The notes under the pieces: model-generated | Databases searched by the model: none | The model's input: the letters and a program-made list of their open reading frames with translations, nothing else | What the model was told of the DNA's origin: nothing | Shown here: in pieces, positions 57,985-64,000 of the stretch | How positions within the stretch are numbered: position 1 is the first letter of the stretch | Layout of the letters: each line of letters opens with the position of its first letter | Made by a program: the position numbers and the translations under genes | NCBI GenBank assembly: GCA_041287245.1 | Contig: JBEULP010000117.1 | Coordinates: forward strand, 1 to 64,000 | Direction: 5' to 3' | DNA from: Infirmifilum sp. | GTDB lineage: Archaea; Thermoproteota; Thermoprotei; Thermofilales; Thermofilaceae | Length of the DNA stretch: 64,000 bases

Positions 57985-60705
57985 GTGGCCCAGATGGAGG
58001 ACTTTGAAAATCTACCTTTTTTCGTTGAAAACGGCTGGATAAAGAAGAAATGTCCCCATTGTGGCAGAATTTACTGGACACTTAACCCTGAGAGAACGAC
58101 ATGCGGTGATCAACCCTGTGAACCATACTCATTTATCGGGGAGAAGGTCGGAGTAGGTGTAGCCAGTCTCACGGAGGTCCGAGAGAAATTCATGAGATAC
58201 TTTCAGGAGAGGGGGCACATTCCTATTAAACGCTTTCCGGTGGTTGCAAGGTGGCGTGAAGACGTTTACCTTGTTGGCGCGTCGATCTACGATTTTCAGC
58301 CTTGGGTCACCGAGGGACTGGTCTCCCCTCCCGCGAACCCTCTTGTCATATCCCAGCCTAGCATAAGGCTGACTGACGTCGATAACGTTGGAAAGACTAG
58401 CCGCCACCTCACGGGTTTTGAGATGATGGCTCACCATGCATTTAATTTTCCGGGGACGAGGATTTACTGGGCTAATGAGACGGTGGAGTACTCATTCAAT
58501 CTGTTTACGAAGGTTTTTGGAATAAAACCAGAGGAGATAACTTTCATCTTTGACATGTGGAGTGGAGGTGGCAATGCGGGGGAAGACTATGAAGTGCTTG
58601 TTAGGGGTCTTGAAGTTGCAACTCTAGTGTTCATGCATTACAAGACAACCGATGATGGTAATCTGATTCCAATAGATAACAGAATAGTTGACACAGGGTA
58701 TGGCTTAGAGAGAATATACTGGCTCCTAACAGGTAGATACAATGTTTATGAGGCTGTCTTTCCTGAAATACTAGCTTACCTGCGTAGCCAAGGAGGATTT
58801 CAGCCTCCAGACCCCGAGGTAATGTCTAGAATAGCAAGGTTAAGCGGTAGGCTCGACTATAAAAAGCCCATTGAAACATTTGAGACTCTCTCCTTAATTG
58901 CACAGACTCTCGGGATGAAAGTAGAGGAGCTTAAAAAATACATGGAACCCTATGAGGCTATGTATGCTATAGCTGACCATACACGGTCACTTATGTGGAT
59001 GATAGGAGACGGGATAGTTCCCAGTAATAGCGGTGCAGGCTACCTTGCCCGTCTCCTTATACGACGTAGTCTCAGATATTTGTGGAAGCTAGGCTTACAA
59101 GTAAGATTAAGCGATATTATCGCAAGGCAAATCTCGTCGTGGAAAAACGATTTTCCCGAGTACCTTGAGATCCAAGACGAGATACTTGATATAATTGACT
59201 ATGAGGAGAAAAAGTTCAAAGAGTCGTTAAAGAGGGGAGAAAAAGTTATCAGCGAGGTTATTCAAAACACCTTGAGTAGCGGGGGCAAGGAAATACCCGT
59301 CGAGACTCTGACAACCCTGTATGAGTCCCACGGTATACCCCCTGAAATAGTAGAGGAGAAAGCAGCGGCTTATGGATTAAAAATTAATACTTTAGGCTTC
59401 TATTCCAGGCTCGCCGAAGCTAAGAGTAAATCTCAACAGGTAGTTAAGGAGGCTATAAGCCTTGAAATTGATCCTCAGCTTGTTAAGGAGCTTCCACCTA
59501 CCAAGAAACTATATTATGAGAACGAGAAGCTTGGAGAGTTTGTAGGTAAAGTTGTCAGTGTTATAAAGGAAAAATACATTGTTCTCGATCAAACCGCTTT
59601 CTACCCTGAAGGTGGAGGACAGCTGACAGATAAGGGAAAGATAGAATTCAACGGCCATTCTTGCGAAGTTGAAAGGGTGTTGAAGGTTGGAGACGTGATT
59701 CTACACGAGTGTAGAGGCCCGCTTCCCCAAATAGGAGAGAGCGTGAAGGGCATCGTAGATATTAAGAGAAGGTTAAACCTTATGCGACACCACACGGCAA
59801 CTCATATAATGTTAGGATCTCTGAGGCGCGTCTTAGGTAAACACGTATGGCAGGCTGGAGCTATGAAAACCGAAGATTATGTTCGCTTCGACTTTACACA
59901 CCATAAGCCGATAACCCCCGAACAAGCACGTGAAATAGAATACATTGCAAACAGTGTTGTCTGGGCTGACAAGCCTGTTCACAAACACCTCCTGGAGCGT
60001 ACAAAGGCCGAGCAGAAGTATGGGTTCACGTTATACCAGGGCGGCGCGGTTCCTGAAAAAATACTCAGGGTTGTAGAGATAGAGGGCTTCGATGCAGAGG
60101 CATGCGGTGGCACTCACGTTGAAAGAACTGGGGAGATAGGAGTTATAAAGATCATTGGCTTTGAGAAGATCCAAGATGGAGTCGTAAGGGTTGTGTTTAA
60201 AGCTGGAGAGCCAGCTCTCAAGTATATCCAAGAGCAAGAAGCGAAGCTAGCAGCCCTAAGGGAAATCCTCCAAGCCACTGAGGAATCCATACTTGACAAA
60301 GCTAAGGAATTGCTTCAACAGGCTAGTCAGCTTGAAAAGGAGAACAAGCGGTTACGGGAACAGCTCTTAACAGGCGCGGCTCACCTTGCCGTAAGCCCCG
60401 AGTTCAAGATTGGAGAAGTCTCTGTGTTTGTTCTAGAAGCATCGGAAATGGATCCGCGCGAGGTTGCGACATCTATAGGAAAGGTCAAGGCTAACTCGAT
60501 AATAGTGGCGGTTAGCAAGGATGGGAGAATCGCGTTAAAGGTAACCGACGATCTATTAGATCGGTATGATGCACGCGACATAGGTAGAAAACTGTGTGAG
60601 AGATTGGGGGGTAAGGGCGGTGGGGTAAAAGACTTGTTCCAAGGCAGAGTGGCGGAAACCTCAAAGCTGAAGCTTGCGTTAAAAGAAACTCTAGGTATTG
60701 TGTAA
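57985..60705 (+). CDS. alaS: Alanyl-tRNA synthetase
   Basis: VVARWR, FEMMAHHAF, DTGYGLER, HHTATH, ACGGTH, GGKGGG. Confidence 0.98.
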   Translation: MAQMEDFENLPFFVENGWIKKKCPHCGRIYWTLNPERTTCGDQPCEPYSFIGEKVGVGVASLTEVREKFMRYFQERGHIPIKRFPVVARWREDVYLVGASIYDFQPWVTEGLVSPPANPLVISQPSIRLTDVDNVGKTSRHLTGFEMMAHHAFNFPGTRIYWANETVEYSFNLFTKVFGIKPEEITFIFDMWSGGGNAGEDYEVLVRGLEVATLVFMHYKTTDDGNLIPIDNRIVDTGYGLERIYWLLTGRYNVYEAVFPEILAYLRSQGGFQPPDPEVMSRIARLSGRLDYKKPIETFETLSLIAQTLGMKVEELKKYMEPYEAMYAIADHTRSLMWMIGDGIVPSNSGAGYLARLLIRRSLRYLWKLGLQVRLSDIIARQISSWKNDFPEYLEIQDEILDIIDYEEKKFKESLKRGEKVISEVIQNTLSSGGKEIPVETLTTLYESHGIPPEIVEEKAAAYGLKINTLGFYSRLAEAKSKSQQVVKEAISLEIDPQLVKELPPTKKLYYENEKLGEFVGKVVSVIKEKYIVLDQTAFYPEGGGQLTDKGKIEFNGHSCEVERVLKVGDVILHECRGPLPQIGESVKGIVDIKRRLNLMRHHTATHIMLGSLRRVLGKHVWQAGAMKTEDYVRFDFTHHKPITPEQAREIEYIANSVVWADKPVHKHLLERTKAEQKYGFTLYQGGAVPEKILRVVEIEGFDAEACGGTHVERTGEIGVIKIIGFEKIQDGVVRVVFKAGEPALKYIQEQEAKLAALREILQATEESILDKAKELLQQASQLEKENKRLREQLLTGAAHLAVSPEFKIGEVSVFVLEASEMDPREVATSIGKVKANSIIVAVSKDGRIALKVTDDLLDRYDARDIGRKLCERLGGKGGGVKDLFQGRVAETSKLKLALKETLGIV

Positions 60706-60849
60706 CTCCTCTCTGAGGCATCGGGAAATAGCTCTTCAGTTTAAAAATAAACTCTTTCCCAAAATCTACAGGTTTTTTAGTTCACGGGACACTAAAACCT
60801 TTTATGACTTGAATAATGTTATAGTGATAAAAGTAGGGGTGCATATGAA

Positions 60850-61218
60850 ATGAAGAGGCTTAGTCCTCGTGAACAGCGCCGCATCCTTGAGAGGATGGGT
60901 TTAAGCCTAAAGGATCTAAGCGATGTTGAAGAAGTTGTATTGAAAATGAGGGATAAGGTAATTCTCATAAAGAATCCTGTTGTTCAGGTTCTCGAGGTTA
61001 AAGGTGGAGGAAGAATTTACCAGATCTCGGGAGCTGAGGAAGAGTCCCCCATTTCCTCACCTATAACACCTCCATCTGAGATAGCTGAGGAGGATATTGA
61101 TTTAGTAGTGGCTCAGACGGGTGCTAGCCGGGACGAAGCTAGAAAAGCCCTAGAGGAGAGTGGAGGGGATATAGCTAAGGCAATACTAGTGATACAATCA
61201 AGGAGGAGAGGGGTATAG
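60850..61218 (+). CDS. nac: Nascent polypeptide-associated complex protein
   Basis: NAC domain then UBA-like EEDIDLVVAQTGASRDEARKALEESGGDIAKAI. Confidence 0.94.
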   Translation: MKRLSPREQRRILERMGLSLKDLSDVEEVVLKMRDKVILIKNPVVQVLEVKGGGRIYQISGAEEESPISSPITPPSEIAEEDIDLVVAQTGASRDEARKALEESGGDIAKAILVIQSRRRGV

Positions 61219-61220
61219 AT

Positions 61221-61799
61221 TTGCTAAATAGACTCCGCGGAAAACTACAGGGTATTATTGCAAAGCTTGCAGCCCCGCTGATCCGCCTACACATTAACCC
61301 GAATATAATTACACTCTCAGGGCTCTTCTTCGGGTTTTTATCCATCTTATCCTCCAAATCTTATCCTCTCATGTTATTTTTCCTTCTGATGATGATGTTC
61401 TCGGATGGCTTGGACGGACAGGTAGCACGTGCATTGGGAAAGACCTCGAAATTCGGCGCTTTCTTTGACTCCACCATAGACAGAGCCGAAGACGCTTTAT
61501 CTTTTTACTTGCTTTATAGTCTCGGCCTGGTGCAAATCGAGGAACTACTCGCAATTGTAATGGGCGCTTTTCTTGTAAGCTATACACGAGCCAGAGCCGA
61601 GTCTCTCGGGGTTGAGATGGCTGGGGTAGGAATAGCTGAGCGTGCAGAAAGGCTCATCCTAACGACCCTAATCCTTCTCGTGTATCCAATGAGCCTACAG
61701 CTAGCTAGGGTTATTTTCCTCATCCTCCTAATCTTAACCTATGTAACTATTTTTCAGCGGATTTGGCATGTATACCGGAAGACGGGTGGCTTTTCATGA
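61221..61799 (+). CDS. CDP-alcohol phosphatidyltransferase (archaetidylinositol-phosphate synthase-like)
   Basis: PNIIT, DGLDGQVAR...GAFFDSTIDR, VSYTRARAE, ERAER. Confidence 0.92.
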   Translation: MLNRLRGKLQGIIAKLAAPLIRLHINPNIITLSGLFFGFLSILSSKSYPLMLFFLLMMMFSDGLDGQVARALGKTSKFGAFFDSTIDRAEDALSFYLLYSLGLVQIEELLAIVMGAFLVSYTRARAESLGVEMAGVGIAERAERLILTTLILLVYPMSLQLARVIFLILLILTYVTIFQRIWHVYRKTGGFS

Positions 61800-62845
61800 T
61801 AGAGATCGACGGCTCCTTTGGAGAGGGCGGTGGACAGCTCTTACGTTATAGCGTTGCCTTGGCAGCTTTAATGGGAGAACCCGTAAGAATCTATAACATA
61901 CGTGCGAAGAGAGATAATCCTGGTCTACGCCCGCAACACCTCGCAGCGGTGAAGTTCATCGCCCAACTTGTAAAGGGGCAGGTTGAAGGTCTCCGAGTAG
62001 GCTCAACCGAGATAATGTTTAAGCCGACTTTGAGGCGTCTGTCCGGGGGTGATTACAAGGTTGATATTGGTACAGCCGGATCCGTAACGCTTTTCCTCCA
62101 GGCAACGCTTCCTGTTCTCTTGGCATCCGAGGACAAGCTTAGGATGGAGATAAAAGGTGGTACAAGCGTACCTTGGAGTCCTCCTTACCACTATTTCGAG
62201 AAGATACTCATACCTTTATTTGGAAAAACAGGAGTAAAAGCTAGCACAACACTACTAAGACACGGCTTCTATCCTGAGGGTGGAGGAGTCGTAACGGTCG
62301 AGACACAGCCCTCATATCCACTGTCAGGTGTAAAATTATCCAGAAGCCAGAGAATCTCCCCTATCGAGGGAATATCGTATGCTATAAACCTGCCCTGCGA
62401 CATAGCAAATCGCCAGGCGAGCTCAGCGAGGACAATATTAGAGACTCATGGTTTCACAGTCAATCGTATAGAAATCGACTGCAAAACACCCTCAATCGGA
62501 AAAGGAACAGGGATTGTTCTCTGGGCCACACTCGGAGATGGCGTCGTTGGCGGGGACTCCATTGGAGCGAGGGGGAAACCCGCAGAGACCGTCGGGAAGG
62601 AGGCGGCTACGAGTATCCTTAAGAGTCTTAATGCTCAAACACCTGTTGACCCCCACGCCGCGGATAACCTTGTGATCTACCTGTCGCTCGCAGAAGGCGA
62701 GTCCTTCTTCTACACACCTGAACTAACCCTTCATTTAGAAACCGCTCTTCATCTCTGTAAACAGATAATAAAATCTGATTACACAGTAGAAAAGTTTGAC
62801 AACTCTGTTAAAGTGACAATAAAGGGAATAGGCTTCAAGCCTTAG
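61796..62845 (+). CDS. rtcA: RNA 3'-terminal phosphate cyclase
   Basis: GEGGGQLLR, PGLRPQHL, GTAGS, GFYPEGGG, DPHAADNL. Confidence 0.96.
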   Translation: MIEIDGSFGEGGGQLLRYSVALAALMGEPVRIYNIRAKRDNPGLRPQHLAAVKFIAQLVKGQVEGLRVGSTEIMFKPTLRRLSGGDYKVDIGTAGSVTLFLQATLPVLLASEDKLRMEIKGGTSVPWSPPYHYFEKILIPLFGKTGVKASTTLLRHGFYPEGGGVVTVETQPSYPLSGVKLSRSQRISPIEGISYAINLPCDIANRQASSARTILETHGFTVNRIEIDCKTPSIGKGTGIVLWATLGDGVVGGDSIGARGKPAETVGKEAATSILKSLNAQTPVDPHAADNLVIYLSLAEGESFFYTPELTLHLETALHLCKQIIKSDYTVEKFDNSVKVTIKGIGFKP

Positions 62846-62877
62846 ATATTGAACCTCTCTCACTCAGTATTCTCAAT

Positions 62878-63666
62878 TTATATAACTCTAGCTTCAAAGA
62901 CGTCCCCTACGCGGAGAGAAGTTCGATCAGACGCACTACCCTTATTTACCGCGAACTCGAGTTTCCCACAACTATTAGTTAAGGCGAAAAGCTCGCCTTC
63001 TTGCGCTTCACCAAATGTTTTATATATCGAAATATCATAATGCTTACCCTTCGCATGTACCCTAAGCCTGGAGCCTATAGCGATCCCAGCCTTCTCGAGC
63101 ATTTCTGCTGAAATATTAGTGGCGACATTTCCAAATCTATCTACATGTGTCACGTAACCCTTTAGGAATCCGCCTTCAACCACAGTTGGAGGCTTAGACA
63201 GCCTAACATAGTTATCTGTGTTTTCACCTATCTCCTCTATCGCACCTCCGCATGCGATATAGGCAGCTATGGGCGCGAAAACGTCTCTTCCGTGAAATGT
63301 ATAGGAGCTCTTGAAACTATAAGGTGTCTTTATTATGTTCCATACTTTAAGGGCGGTGTTCTCAATAATGGTTGTAAAAACTCCGTTGTCCGGCCCAACA
63401 AACCAGTACTTATCGGATTGAACGACAATCGCGCGACGGTTTGTCCCAACACCAGGGTCGACAACGACAAGAAATACGGTGCCCTCCGGGAAGTCGTCAT
63501 AACAGCAGGACAAGAGGTACTCGGCCTCTATAAGTGACCAGGGTTTCACGAGATGCGTAATGTCGATAACTTCAACCCTTGAGCAAATACGTTTTATCAC
63601 AGCTTTCACGGCCCCAACATAGTAGTCTTCAAGCCCGAAATCCGACATAAAAGCAACAATACTCAT
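62878..63666 (-). CDS. SAM hydroxide adenosyltransferase (DUF62, chlorinase/fluorinase family)
   Basis: SDFG, DITH, VVDPGVGT, GPDNG, TFHGRDVFAP, DRFGN. Confidence 0.94.
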   Translation of the reverse strand: MSIVAFMSDFGLEDYYVGAVKAVIKRICSRVEVIDITHLVKPWSLIEAEYLLSCCYDDFPEGTVFLVVVDPGVGTNRRAIVVQSDKYWFVGPDNGVFTTIIENTALKVWNIIKTPYSFKSSYTFHGRDVFAPIAAYIACGGAIEEIGENTDNYVRLSKPPTVVEGGFLKGYVTHVDRFGNVATNISAEMLEKAGIAIGSRLRVHAKGKHYDISIYKTFGEAQEGELFALTNSCGKLEFAVNKGSASDRTSLRVGDVFEARVI

Positions 63667-63718
63667 AAAAACCAAAGAAGGGATGGACAAGGAGTATATA
63701 TTCTTACTTCGGTTTTAT

Positions 63719-64000
63719 ATGCTTGTGCAAGGGGTATCAGTGCGGATTTTACATAGGGACTTAACCGTGTTTTACGGCTGCCTAAAGCCTTCTCGAGCTA
63801 TGAGATACCAAGACTTAATTGATTGGGCTAGGGAAAACACAGGTGCCGAAACCTGGATTATACTCACCAAGGGATGCTGTAAGCTTCCGCCATGGGAGCT
63901 TATTAAAACAGCTCTTCTTTACTCGCTAAACAATTATTTTGAAGGTAGGATGATTACCAGAACCCTTGTTCACGAATTCCTTATCTATCTTGTGGGAAAC
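63719..64000 (+). CDS. Probable KEOPS subunit Cgi121 (3'-truncated)
   Basis: Open frame to the window end; ...TALLYSLNNYFEGRMITRTLVHEFLIYLVGN resembles the Cgi121 G..I...L..E.LLY.SG motif. Confidence 0.6.
   Translation, partial: MLVQGVSVRILHRDLTVFYGCLKPSRAMRYQDLIDWARENTGAETWIILTKGCCKLPPWELIKTALLYSLNNYFEGRMITRTLVHEFLIYLVGN

Noticed and set aside
1..64000. CRISPR array, IS elements, rRNA genes
   Set aside because: No regularly spaced repeats, transposase or rRNA signatures seen; the recurring CCGGGTTCAAATCCCGG is the tRNA T-arm

Overview
Core-chromosome segment of a hyperthermophilic crenarchaeon (Thermoproteales). Gene content and intron-rich tRNAs suggest a Thermofilum-like organism; this is inferred, not verified. 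Most of the window is information-processing genes: the RNA polymerase operon (rpoH-B-A'-A''-L30e-nusA-S12), a relocated rpoD-L18e-L13-S9 block, S13-S4-S11, fragmented spc/S10/L11 ribosomal clusters, secY, GlyRS, AlaRS, RFC small/large, Orc1/Cdc6, archease, RtcB and RtcA. Five tRNA genes carry seven BHB introns, four at non-canonical positions. Not in the ORF track but read from the sequence: two box C/D sRNAs, a likely replication origin beside cdc6, ribosomal protein S14, a 37-aa basic ORF and a partial Cgi121. The best novel-system candidate is a four-gene cassette at 34.2-36.3 kb: a membrane-anchored coiled-coil protein with a Roadblock-like C-terminus, two free Roadblock/LC7 proteins and an MglA-type small GTPase. 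A second is a PD-(D/E)xK-like protein paired with a ParA lacking the signature lysine, lying between tRNA genes. No CRISPR array, transposase or integrase was seen. All assignments come from motif recognition; no searches were run.
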